Below, in pieces: positions 54,096-63,169 of a DNA stretch of 64,000 bases. The notes beneath the pieces were generated by a model. The model had not been told where the DNA came from. It did not search any database and saw only the letters and a list, made by a program, of their open reading frames with translations. The stretch covers positions 3,872,001 through 3,936,000 of the forward strand of contig OZ244621.1 of NCBI GenBank assembly GCA_965218425.1. Direction: 5' to 3'. Numbering within the stretch: the stretch's first letter is position 1; each line of letters starts with the position of its first letter. Source of the stretch: an uncultured Candidatus Binatia bacterium. Lineage in GTDB: Bacteria > Desulfobacterota > Binatia > UBA9968 > CAXXLF01. The position numbers and the translations under genes were made by a program.

Positions 54096-55259
54096 CTAGA
54101 GCTTGTAAAACTTCACCGCGTTGTTAAACAGGAGTTTTTCACGCTCATCCTTGGGGACTCCCTCCATCACACGTTCCACCCACTTCCAGGAATCCGGGAA
54201 AGTGGAGCTCACGTGGGGGTAGTCCGATTCCCACATAATATTGTTGAGCCCGATTTTGTGCCGCAGCTCTAAACCCGAGAATTCAAACCAGAAATCCACG
54301 TAAATCTGGCGGCGAAACGCTTCACTGGGCCGTGTAAGAACTCCTTCGGTCCACAGGTGGCGCCGCTCCCACTCGTGATCGCAGCTTTCCAAAACAAAAT
54401 TGAACCAACCCATCCCCGTTTCGGCGCACATCCATTGGAGTCGCGGGTACCGATCCATCCTGCCCGAGAAAAAGAGATTGGGTATCAGCTGGCACGGGGT
54501 TGAGCATAGGCGCCCCGTGGATGAGGTATGAAACTGGCGCGTGGTGTACCCTTTCCAGCGAGGCACCGCTAGCTGAGTGGACAGACCGGAGGAGCCGTGC
54601 CAGTGTATGGGGAGACCGTGATCCTGGCAAGCGGCCCATAGAGGCTCCCAAGTAGGATCGTTGGAGTGTTTAATGCCCTTCAATGATTTGCTGGGCTCTG
54701 CCAGCATGACGATGCCGCGATGTCCTTTCTTCGCAGACCTTTCCACTTCGGCTACAATGGTCTCCATGGGACTGAGATAAGGGATAACCGCCAACGGAAC
54801 ATACCGATCGCTCTCTTGCCGCCACTCCGCCAGGGCATCGTTGTAGGCCTGTACGCAGGCCAGTTCGTACTCGACATCATCATAAAAAAAGGTGCCCCCT
54901 GCAGTTGGATTATTGGGGAACAGCACCTCGGCATCGATGCCGTCCTCATCGAGGGCCTTCAATCGTTCCAAAGGGTTATAGACCTTGGCGGGCACTTCTT
55001 CCCAACGCTGCGGATAGTAAGGATCGGTTGGGCCGTCCATTACGGCTGGGCAATTAACCACTGAGCCGCCAAAGGGGTCACCCTGAACTTTGCCATTGAC
55101 CTTCCACCGATCCACGTAACCTTCAGCCCCTTCAGTCTTTATCTCCACAACCTGCGGGATCCGATCTCCCCATTTGGTCTTGGACATACGGCTTGTCCAT
55201 GCGTCCCTGTCCAGCTGCGCGTGTGAGTCACAGCTGATCAATCCAAACTTGATATCCAT
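54096..55259 (-). CDS. Amidohydrolase_2 family protein
   Basis: ISCDSH, DEDGIDAEVLFP, IMWESDYPH. Confidence 0.88.
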   Translation of the reverse strand: MDIKFGLISCDSHAQLDRDAWTSRMSKTKWGDRIPQVVEIKTEGAEGYVDRWKVNGKVQGDPFGGSVVNCPAVMDGPTDPYYPQRWEEVPAKVYNPLERLKALDEDGIDAEVLFPNNPTAGGTFFYDDVEYELACVQAYNDALAEWRQESDRYVPLAVIPYLSPMETIVAEVERSAKKGHRGIVMLAEPSKSLKGIKHSNDPTWEPLWAACQDHGLPIHWHGSSGLSTQLAVPRWKGYTTRQFHTSSTGRLCSTPCQLIPNLFFSGRMDRYPRLQWMCAETGMGWFNFVLESCDHEWERRHLWTEGVLTRPSEAFRRQIYVDFWFEFSGLELRHKIGLNNIMWESDYPHVSSTFPDSWKWVERVMEGVPKDEREKLLFNNAVKFYKL

Positions 55260-55362
55260 GGATGTTCCTCCTGGTGGCGATACCTACAAAATACCTCACC
55301 GTAACGCTCCGCACGCTCGGGCTTCAAATCATGCGCCTGTGCGCCCAGCCAATGTCGAAAGC

Positions 55363-56520
55363 CTATGCATTGTTTTCAAGATGGAAGTAATCCACCGCAT
55401 TGCTGACCGACATCTTGTATCGCTCCCTCTCCGGCACGCCTGCAAACATCTCCTCAAAGAGACGATCCGAATGCGGCCAATCGCTGATGGCATGGGGAAA
55501 ATCGCTGCCCCACATGAGCTTGTTCACATCAACTTCATTGCGGACCTTCATACCAAAAACATCGCGATTGAATCCCCACCAGCAATGGTCACGGATGTAC
55601 TCACTGGGCCGGCGCCGCAGGGGTTCCAATCCCAGCAACCGTTTCGCCCAATGGCGGTTCCGTTCGTAGGAATCGTCTAGACTCTCCAGAAAACTCGGCA
55701 CCCACGCCACCTGGGTCTCCGCCCAAAAGATTCGCAACTTGGGATAGCGGTCGAAGACACCCGCGAGAATCATCTGAACCGTGTTCTGACCTGCGGGGGC
55801 GAAACGCGCCAGCAGCCGCACCAGATTGCTGCCTCCGAAATCCATTTCGCCTGGGTCAAGCCGGTATTTAAAGCTTGGCTCCCCGGGATTCGACTGCAGC
55901 GCGACGTGCACGGTCACCGGCATATTGAGATCCAGGGCCGCCGCCCAGAAGCGGTCGTCCTCCGGAGCCGGGTAGCTCTTGCCGTTTGGGAACTTGAAAA
56001 GAACGATTCCCTTCAACCCCAGGCGGGCACAGTGCTCCAGCTCCGCTACTGCGTCACCGATGCCCGTATCCGGGATAGCGCCCATGGCAATCAACCGGTG
56101 GGGCGCCACCGCACAGTACTCTTCCCCAAGGAACTCGTTGTAGGCGTGAAATATCGCCTTGTAGGCATCGTTGTCCTTAATCCCGCGCCACAAATTTGGC
56201 CCCACCCCTCCGAGAAAGAGAACCTCCCCATCGACTCCGTCCTGCTCCTGTTCGCGCAATCGTTGTTCGGGGCTTCCGGCACCGGCTGAGTTTTCGTACC
56301 TGTGACCTCGCGGGGCGTGCTCCTCAAAGGGGCGCCCACCCAATGCCAGACCGACGATGTAAAGGGACCGGTTCTCCACCGCCACGCCGTTACCGCCGTC
56401 GGGCAGGTCGATGAGACGCGGAGCTCGTTCTCTGTACTTGATAGGGACTCGTGGCGTCCATCGTTCGGGGGAAACCTCCAGATGACCGTCAGCGGATAGG
56501 ATTCGATATTTTTGTGCCAT
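55363..56520 (-). CDS. Amidohydrolase_2 family protein
   Basis: LSADGH, GVFDRYPKL, WGSDFPH; start taken at MAQKY by comparison with paralogues. Confidence 0.88.
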   Translation of the reverse strand: MAQKYRILSADGHLEVSPERWTPRVPIKYRERAPRLIDLPDGGNGVAVENRSLYIVGLALGGRPFEEHAPRGHRYENSAGAGSPEQRLREQEQDGVDGEVLFLGGVGPNLWRGIKDNDAYKAIFHAYNEFLGEEYCAVAPHRLIAMGAIPDTGIGDAVAELEHCARLGLKGIVLFKFPNGKSYPAPEDDRFWAAALDLNMPVTVHVALQSNPGEPSFKYRLDPGEMDFGGSNLVRLLARFAPAGQNTVQMILAGVFDRYPKLRIFWAETQVAWVPSFLESLDDSYERNRHWAKRLLGLEPLRRRPSEYIRDHCWWGFNRDVFGMKVRNEVDVNKLMWGSDFPHAISDWPHSDRLFEEMFAGVPERERYKMSVSNAVDYFHLENNA

Positions 56521-56881
56521 GATCGATACTTCCTTATTCCTTATTTTGAAAAATCCTCTTATTGCATAGGCTTCTTTCAGCACCAGTCCATGGTTTTGTC
56601 GCTCGTTGCTTCTGGTTCGCAAAAATGAAAAGGCCAACTCATTCCAAGCGATGCATCACAAAGAATGGCTGGCCTAAACCAATGACTTCTTCCCTCCGAG
56701 AAACTCCTTGAACCTCCGACAGGCCTCACGGCTCATGGCTAGCTATCGCCAACAAGTGGCAAGGCCTTCAATCAACGTTTCGCCCCAGCTTTTAGTAGAG
56801 TCTATTATACCTGTCAACCCTCTCTACGTTTGTGCTTTACCTCTAACAAACTCCAACTTTAGATCGGTGGTGTCAGGTGGT

Positions 56882-58030
56882 TCAATTCTCCAGATGGAAG
56901 AACTCCACCGCATTGCTCACCAGCATCTTATGCTGCTCGTCCTCAGGAATTCCCTCGAACATTTTCTTGATGACTTGACGGGAATGGGGCCAATCTCCGG
57001 CGGAATGGGGAAAGTCATTGCCCCACATGATCCGATCGATGTTGATATCGTGGCGCAAGCGCAACCCGATGGGATCATAGATAAAACCCCACCAGCAATG
57101 CTCCCGGATATACTCGCTGGGCTTGCGTTCCAATGGCTTGAGACCGAAATCACGTTCGATCCAATATCGACTCCGCTTGTAAATATCGTCAAGCTGCTCA
57201 TAGAAGTAAGGAAGCCAGCCCATCTGGGTCTCCGCCCAGAAGATCCTTAACTTCGGAAAACGCTCAAAGACACCGGCAAGTATCAGTTGAATGGCATTAA
57301 GGCCACTGTTTCCTCCAAACCTCGTCAGTACCCGAATGGGATCTCCCCCGAAGGCCACCTCCCCGGGGGTACGCGGGTATTTGAAGGTGGGCCCCTCTCT
57401 GCCAAGAAATCCCACGTGCACCGTCAACGGGATACCGATGTCGATGACGGACGCCCAAAACCGGTCGTCTTCCGGTGTCGGAAATCCTTTGCCACTGGGA
57501 AAGGAATTCAAGGCGACTCCTTTGAGACCTGCACGCGCACAGTACTCCATTTCTTGAATGGCATCGTCAATGCCGGAACTCGGGATCACCGCCATGGCTA
57601 ACAACCGGTCCCGGTCAACAGCACAGTACTCCTCCGCCAGGAACTCATTATAGGCATGGACCACAGCCCTGTAGGCCTCATCGTTCTTGATACCGCGCCA
57701 GAAGGAAAGGTTTCCTGCAGAGGTATATAGAACTTCGCCGTCCACCCCATCCCGGATCTGTTCCTGAATGCGCTCTTGCGGACTCCCCGCCCCGGGGCTA
57801 CCCTGGTAGTTCAAACCAAAGAGTTTGTGTTCTTCATAGGGTTTTCCGGTGATCGCAAGCCCGAGAACGTACACATCCTGACCCTCAACGATGATCCCGT
57901 CACCCCCATCGGGAAGTTTAACCAGACGTGGGGCACGGTCTCGATACTTGGCCGGCACGCGGGATGTCCAGCGATCAGGAGATATCTCCAGATGTGAATC
58001 CGCAGAGAAAAGGTTGTATTTGCTTGCCAT
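56882..58030 (-). CDS. Amidohydrolase_2 family protein
   Basis: FSADSH, GVFERFPKL, WGNDFPH. Confidence 0.88.
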   Translation of the reverse strand: MASKYNLFSADSHLEISPDRWTSRVPAKYRDRAPRLVKLPDGGDGIIVEGQDVYVLGLAITGKPYEEHKLFGLNYQGSPGAGSPQERIQEQIRDGVDGEVLYTSAGNLSFWRGIKNDEAYRAVVHAYNEFLAEEYCAVDRDRLLAMAVIPSSGIDDAIQEMEYCARAGLKGVALNSFPSGKGFPTPEDDRFWASVIDIGIPLTVHVGFLGREGPTFKYPRTPGEVAFGGDPIRVLTRFGGNSGLNAIQLILAGVFERFPKLRIFWAETQMGWLPYFYEQLDDIYKRSRYWIERDFGLKPLERKPSEYIREHCWWGFIYDPIGLRLRHDINIDRIMWGNDFPHSAGDWPHSRQVIKKMFEGIPEDEQHKMLVSNAVEFFHLEN

Positions 58031-58095
58031 GATTATTAACTCCTTTTAACATCCTCGGAACTAGTCAACTCAATCCTGGCGCATCAAAGTATTTG

Positions 58096-59277
58096 TCAAC
58101 TCGATTTCTGAGTGCAGTGGGGTGACACATGCCCCATGTTGCAAGGGACCCCGCCCTTTGCCAACTCGGCCTCAAAATCGCGATGAATCCCGAGGTCCTC
58201 ATCCTGTATGGTGATCACATCTTCTCCTCCCCATGCCACACCACTTTCATGGCTTCCCTTGACGGTATAAACGTAGGCCCCTCCACCCCTCTTGGGCTTC
58301 TCGCTCCCCCAACCCACTGCCAGATGAAGCAGCGGCTCCGGCCCGGTATTGAAATGCTGGTGCCACCACATTTCAGGCGGAACGAATATGGAGCCCGGAC
58401 CGTAGTCCACCCGTACCACTGGGCCCCCCTGTGGCCACATCAAGGTGTAACCACGGCTTGTAAGAATAATGATATGAAGCCCCGGACCGTGACGATGGGC
58501 ATTGAGATAAGTGCCGATGGGCCATTCGGCAGAGTGGGATCTCATGGTGCTGTTGACCAGTTCGAAGACTGCCGTTGTAGCCCTTACTCCTCTAGGCCCC
58601 GACCCTTTGGGATCATCGGCTCTCGGATTGGCCTCCCTAACGTCGGCAACAAAGTTGGTCACCAACTTGAGGGCGCTGCCACCATGGGTGGTGGTGGGAG
58701 CCTGGGTTTTAAAATAGTCCTTCTCTCCCTTGAACCGATCGCTGAACACATAGGGATTGTTAAATACGAAATCCAGGTCCTTGAACGTGTTGATTACCCG
58801 CGGCGCCGCCGTCATCCCCACATACCGCGCAGGCTCCGTCCCCGATCCGTTGTGGTGCTGGTACCAAGCATTGGGCGGTATGGCGAAGAAACTCCGCTCC
58901 CCCCACTCAAAGGTCACCTTCTTTTTCTCATCCGTCCACACCGTCGTGGCCCCATGCCCCTTGAGAATAAAAGTGTTATCCTCGTAGATATGCCGAACGG
59001 GCTTTAGCGACTTGCCCGGTGGGATCTCACAAACGTAACTGTCGGTGAACCCTTCGCTCCCCTCCAGGTTGATGAAGATCCCGGACCCGCCCCGTGTTTC
59101 CCACGGGTAGAGTTTCTGGGTGTAGAGATTGTCCACGCCCCAACCTCGCAACGTAGGCAATCCCTCCTGCTCTTTCCACATCTCGTAGGGTGACTTGTAT
59201 CCCCTGCCTGTTTGACTATCCCAATAGGGTTTCTTGTCTCCGCCGTTTCCTTCAAAGGCAGCCAATGGTTCCGTCAT
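58096..59277 (-). CDS. Bicupin protein (type A), copy 1
   Basis: KPVRHIYED..WYQHHN; AHRHGPG..WWHQHFN. Confidence 0.82.
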   Translation of the reverse strand: MTEPLAAFEGNGGDKKPYWDSQTGRGYKSPYEMWKEQEGLPTLRGWGVDNLYTQKLYPWETRGGSGIFINLEGSEGFTDSYVCEIPPGKSLKPVRHIYEDNTFILKGHGATTVWTDEKKKVTFEWGERSFFAIPPNAWYQHHNGSGTEPARYVGMTAAPRVINTFKDLDFVFNNPYVFSDRFKGEKDYFKTQAPTTTHGGSALKLVTNFVADVREANPRADDPKGSGPRGVRATTAVFELVNSTMRSHSAEWPIGTYLNAHRHGPGLHIIILTSRGYTLMWPQGGPVVRVDYGPGSIFVPPEMWWHQHFNTGPEPLLHLAVGWGSEKPKRGGGAYVYTVKGSHESGVAWGGEDVITIQDEDLGIHRDFEAELAKGGVPCNMGHVSPHCTQKSS

Positions 59278-59290
59278 TTTTCCTCCCGTG

Positions 59291-60277
59291 CTATTTCTTT
59301 TCCTCTCGGTAAAGCCCCAAGGCGCGCATGGCGGGCCAATCTGTAATGGAATACAAAATCGAATCGTTAACCGAGCGGTTCTCGTGACTGTGCCATTGCC
59401 ATGGGGGGATCACCAAAATGTCTCCTTGAATCCATTCAAACGTCTGATCCTCGATCATAGTTGTCCCTTCACCCCGAAAGACGTGGTAAACGGTGGTGCT
59501 GTTGTGCCTGTGGGACCTGGTTTTTTCATTGGGCCTTAAAAGCTGAATTTCGCAAGAGTACGTTGGAAGTGTAGGACCCCCGTTTACCGGGTGGGAGTAT
59601 CGCAAGTGGATCCCGTCATGGGGATCACCGTCGCTCTCTTTCAGAGCTAAAAGGGTCGCGTAGGTGTCCGACCAACGATAGCGAGACGGCGGCGTCGGGT
59701 GCTCATGCTCGATCCAAGTGGGCTTGGCCTTGCCCAGTACCGTAGACGAGTACCCCTGGGGTTTTTCTACGGGTTGGTGACTTTGCGGGAATGGTTCATT
59801 GATGTGCTTGCCAATACTCACCAGACGAGCATCCATGCCGTCCAACCAAATGGCAGGCTCGCTGCCGCCGTTGTAGTGATCGTGCCAGGCCCAGTTGGGT
59901 GTAGTGACGAGATCCCCCTCCTCCAATGGGAAGGCCTCGCCGTCCACAATAAACTCGGCCCCGGGCGCTGCCTTGAGTACGAACCGGGTCTCCCCCGTAA
60001 GATTACGGTGGGCCTTTGTTCGCTCGCCCGGTTTCAAACATTGGACGGAGAAATGGAGAGTGCGACTCATTCCCTCAGTCAGACCGGGATTTTTGAGCTG
60101 AATGGTTCTCATTGGCACGGCACTGATGGGGACCAGCTCTGCAGCCTTTGAAATTCCTTCGTAGAGGTCAGCCCATTTCCACAGGTGTGGTTTGACCTCA
60201 CCCCCACCCCCTTCCCTCTTCCACATGCCCTTCAAATGTTTGTCCTCTAGCCAGTGATCCAATTCAGTCAAGTTCAT
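59291..60277 (-). CDS. Bicupin, gentisate 1,2-dioxygenase-like (type B)
   Basis: PHLWKW, KAHRN, PNWAWHDH, SHRHNS, WHSH; start at MNLTEL. Confidence 0.85.
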   Translation of the reverse strand: MNLTELDHWLEDKHLKGMWKREGGGGEVKPHLWKWADLYEGISKAAELVPISAVPMRTIQLKNPGLTEGMSRTLHFSVQCLKPGERTKAHRNLTGETRFVLKAAPGAEFIVDGEAFPLEEGDLVTTPNWAWHDHYNGGSEPAIWLDGMDARLVSIGKHINEPFPQSHQPVEKPQGYSSTVLGKAKPTWIEHEHPTPPSRYRWSDTYATLLALKESDGDPHDGIHLRYSHPVNGGPTLPTYSCEIQLLRPNEKTRSHRHNSTTVYHVFRGEGTTMIEDQTFEWIQGDILVIPPWQWHSHENRSVNDSILYSITDWPAMRALGLYREEKK

Positions 60278-60314
60278 AGCGCCCTCTTCAAATGAAATAG
60301 TTGACTTCCACTTG

Positions 60315-61493
60315 CTAGGCTTTCTGTGTGCAGTGAGGAGAGACGTGACCCATGTTGCAAGGGACTCCGCCCTTTGCCAGGTCGGCTTCAAAGTCGCGAT
60401 GAATCCCGGGGTCCTCATCCTGTATGGTGATCACGTCTTCCCCACCCCATTTGGCACCGGTTCCATAGTCACCCGAAACTGTGTAAACGTAAGCGCCGCC
60501 GCCCTTCTTTGGCTTCTCGCTCCCCCAGCCGACCGCCAGATGAAGCAGCGGCTCCGGCCCGGTATTGAAATGCTGGTGCCACCACATTTCAGGCGGAACG
60601 AATATGGAGCCCGGACCGTAGTCCACACGTACCACTGGGCCCCCCTGTGGCCACATCAAGGTGTAACCACGGCTTGTAAGAATAATGATATGAAGCCCCG
60701 GACCGTGACGATGGGCATTGAGATAAGTGCCGATGGGCCATTCGGCAGAGTGGGACTTCATGGTGCTGTTGACCAGGTCAAATACCACTGACGTTCCTCT
60801 CACTCCCCTGGGTCCCTTCCCTTTGGGATCATCGGCCCTGGGAGTCACTTCCCTAACATCAGAAACAAAATTGGTCTCCATGTGGAGTGCAGTCCCACCG
60901 TGAGTCGTGGTTGGGGTTTTGGTCTTGAAATAGTCCTTCTCTCCCTTGAACCGATCGCTGAACACATAGGGATTGTTAAATACGAAATCCAGGTCCTTGA
61001 ACGTGTTGATTACCCGCGGCGCCGCCGTCATCCCCACATACCGCGCAGGCTCCGTCCCCGATCCGTTGTGGTGCTGGTACCAAGCATTGGGCGGTATGGC
61101 GAAGAAACTCCGCTCCCCCCACTCAAAGGTCACCTTCTTTTTCTCATCCGTCCACACCGTCGTGGCCCCATGCCCCTTGAGAATAAAAGTGTTATCCTCG
61201 TAGATATGCCGAACGGGCTTTAGCGACTTGCCCGGTGGGATCTCACAAACGTAACTGTCGGTGAACCCTTCGCTCCCCTCCAGGTTGATGAAGATCCCGG
61301 ACCCGCCCCGTGTTTCCCACGGGTAGAGTTTCTGGGTGTAGAGATTGTCCACGCCCCAACCTCGCAACGTAGGCAATCCCTCCTGCTCTTTCCACATCTC
61401 GTAGGGTGACTTGTATCCCCTGCCTGTTTGACTATCCCAATAGGGTTTCTTGTCTCCGCCGTTTCCTTCAAAGGCAGCCAATGGTTCCGTCAT
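60315..61493 (-). CDS. Bicupin protein (type A), copy 2
   Basis: Near-duplicate of 58096-59277. Confidence 0.82.
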   Translation of the reverse strand: MTEPLAAFEGNGGDKKPYWDSQTGRGYKSPYEMWKEQEGLPTLRGWGVDNLYTQKLYPWETRGGSGIFINLEGSEGFTDSYVCEIPPGKSLKPVRHIYEDNTFILKGHGATTVWTDEKKKVTFEWGERSFFAIPPNAWYQHHNGSGTEPARYVGMTAAPRVINTFKDLDFVFNNPYVFSDRFKGEKDYFKTKTPTTTHGGTALHMETNFVSDVREVTPRADDPKGKGPRGVRGTSVVFDLVNSTMKSHSAEWPIGTYLNAHRHGPGLHIIILTSRGYTLMWPQGGPVVRVDYGPGSIFVPPEMWWHQHFNTGPEPLLHLAVGWGSEKPKKGGGAYVYTVSGDYGTGAKWGGEDVITIQDEDPGIHRDFEADLAKGGVPCNMGHVSPHCTQKA

Positions 61494-61568
61494 TTATTTT
61501 TCCTCCTGCTCTCTTATTTTTCGGCAGTTAGCCGAGAGACCATTCTCTAACCCTTCAAGTTGACCTGC

Positions 61569-61582
61569 TGGAATGCATTCCA
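61569..61582. promoter_or_regulatory. Perfect 14-bp palindrome, candidate operator
   Basis: TGGAATGCATTCCA in the divergent intergenic region. Confidence 0.45.
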
Positions 61583-61907
61583 AGCGATTCTTTTAAAGGT
61601 AAACAATTAATATATAAAGCAGTTCTAAGTGTTACGGTAGCCGACACTATTCCAGCTTCTGTTAGGTTGTCAAGACGGTAAAGGATTTCTCGGCAATTGA
61701 TACCACGGAGCTGGAGCTCCTATAGGGTTTTGTCAATATGGATTGGCTTGGGAAACCAACCCTTGACAGGCTATCGTAGACCGAATATAGGAGCCTTTGA
61801 TTCAGATCCCTATACGCCTCGACACCATTCGGATTAACGCTGAAGACGAATGTCCAGTGCATCAGTTTCTTCCAAGATTGAAATTAGCACAGAGGGAGGG
61901 TCACGCT

Positions 61908-63041
61908 ATGCTTAAAAGACCACATGCTTCATTTGGGGCGGCGATTGTTATCCTAGCGACAGTATTGTCAGCAGCCATCGCTGTGGGGGCGGAAGATTTC
62001 AGGACAAGATGGCGACAGCTCATCAAAGCCGCACAAGCCGAAGGACAGGTCAATACTTTTCTTTGTTGCCCCCTGGGCCGGGAGGGTGAGAAGACACTGA
62101 TTCCGACCTTCGAAAAGAAGTTTGGAATCAAGATTCTCAATTCCACCGGTCGCTCATCCCAACAACGACAAAAAATCGGCGCTGAGCGTCGAGCCGGGAG
62201 GTTTACCATTGACGTATGGGCCGGCGGTCCTAGCCTCGCCAACATTAAATTAGTGCAAAAAGGCATCCTTCGCCCCTTGCGGCCTTTGCTAATTCACCCT
62301 GACCTTATGGATGAATCAAAGTGGTACGGCGGCAAGATGGCCTGGTTTGACCCGGAGGAGAAATATCAAATCATGATGGTGGGAAACGGCGGGCGTTCCT
62401 ATGTCGGTTACAACACCAAGCTGGTGGACCCGGCGGAGCTGGACTCCTATTGGGACCTTCTTAATCCCAAGTGGAAAGGCAAGCTGATCATGTTCGATCC
62501 GAGAGTGGGTGGAGGGGGCGGACAAAACGTCTTCTTATACTTTAACAAACAGCTGGGACCGAAGTTCATCAAAAAGCTGCTAACCGAAATGAAGGTCTTC
62601 TATCTGACGGATGGTCGAAAGATAGCGGAGTTGGTGGCAAGTGGGGCCTTTCCTCTGGCGCCTTTTCGAGGAGGACGAGAGTTCGTTAAGCTCAAGAAAC
62701 TCGGCCTCCCTGTGGAACCCGAACTGCCGAAAGTGTTGAAAGAGGGGGTAGCATTAAGCTCGGGCGGAGCGGGACTGTTCGCCGTCAGCAACCCGCCTCA
62801 TCCCAATGCGCAGAAACTTTTCATCAATTGGTTACTGTCGCGCGAGGGCCAGTCCCTGTTGCAAAAAGATATGGGAGCCGACTCCCTCAGGATCGACATC
62901 GACAAAAGCGACGTGGATTCCGCCGATCTCAGGCGAAAAGGGGTCAAATACTTTTTGGCGGAGCAAGATCCCAACTTCTCACACAATCGCAAAAAGGCCA
63001 CTGATTACATCAAGAAGGTTATGAAGGAGGCGGGTCTTTAG
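61908..63041 (+). CDS. ABC transporter substrate-binding protein
   Basis: RBS GGAGG; signal peptide, AAQAEGQV, SYWDLLNPKWKGKL, PPHPNAQKLFINWLLSREGQ. Confidence 0.87.
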   Translation: MLKRPHASFGAAIVILATVLSAAIAVGAEDFRTRWRQLIKAAQAEGQVNTFLCCPLGREGEKTLIPTFEKKFGIKILNSTGRSSQQRQKIGAERRAGRFTIDVWAGGPSLANIKLVQKGILRPLRPLLIHPDLMDESKWYGGKMAWFDPEEKYQIMMVGNGGRSYVGYNTKLVDPAELDSYWDLLNPKWKGKLIMFDPRVGGGGGQNVFLYFNKQLGPKFIKKLLTEMKVFYLTDGRKIAELVASGAFPLAPFRGGREFVKLKKLGLPVEPELPKVLKEGVALSSGGAGLFAVSNPPHPNAQKLFINWLLSREGQSLLQKDMGADSLRIDIDKSDVDSADLRRKGVKYFLAEQDPNFSHNRKKATDYIKKVMKEAGL

Positions 63042-63169
63042 TACCGGGGCCAGACCCCTGAGGATGAGGTTGATGGGGAAAGCTATGGCACGGCAGCGGG
63101 CGATGGCATATCGCCGCGTGCAAGGCGATTCTTTGCAGACTGACCGGTGGTACCCGGGGGCTAAGGTCG

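Larger units (their letters stand above)
58712..61495. repeat. Direct repeat: 58712-59279 matches 60928-61495 (offset 2216)
   Basis: Identical protein N-halves and identical alternative-frame ORFs (58757/60973, 59004/61220). Confidence 0.9.

Noticed and set aside
58129..59007. Long antisense ORFs (also 37455-38213, 42260-42910, 17333-18070)
   Set aside because: Shadows of well-supported genes on the opposite strand, with no recognisable motifs.
58096..61493. Diversity-generating retroelement TR/VR pair
   Set aside because: No reverse transcriptase, both repeats are full genes, and the differences are not confined to adenines.
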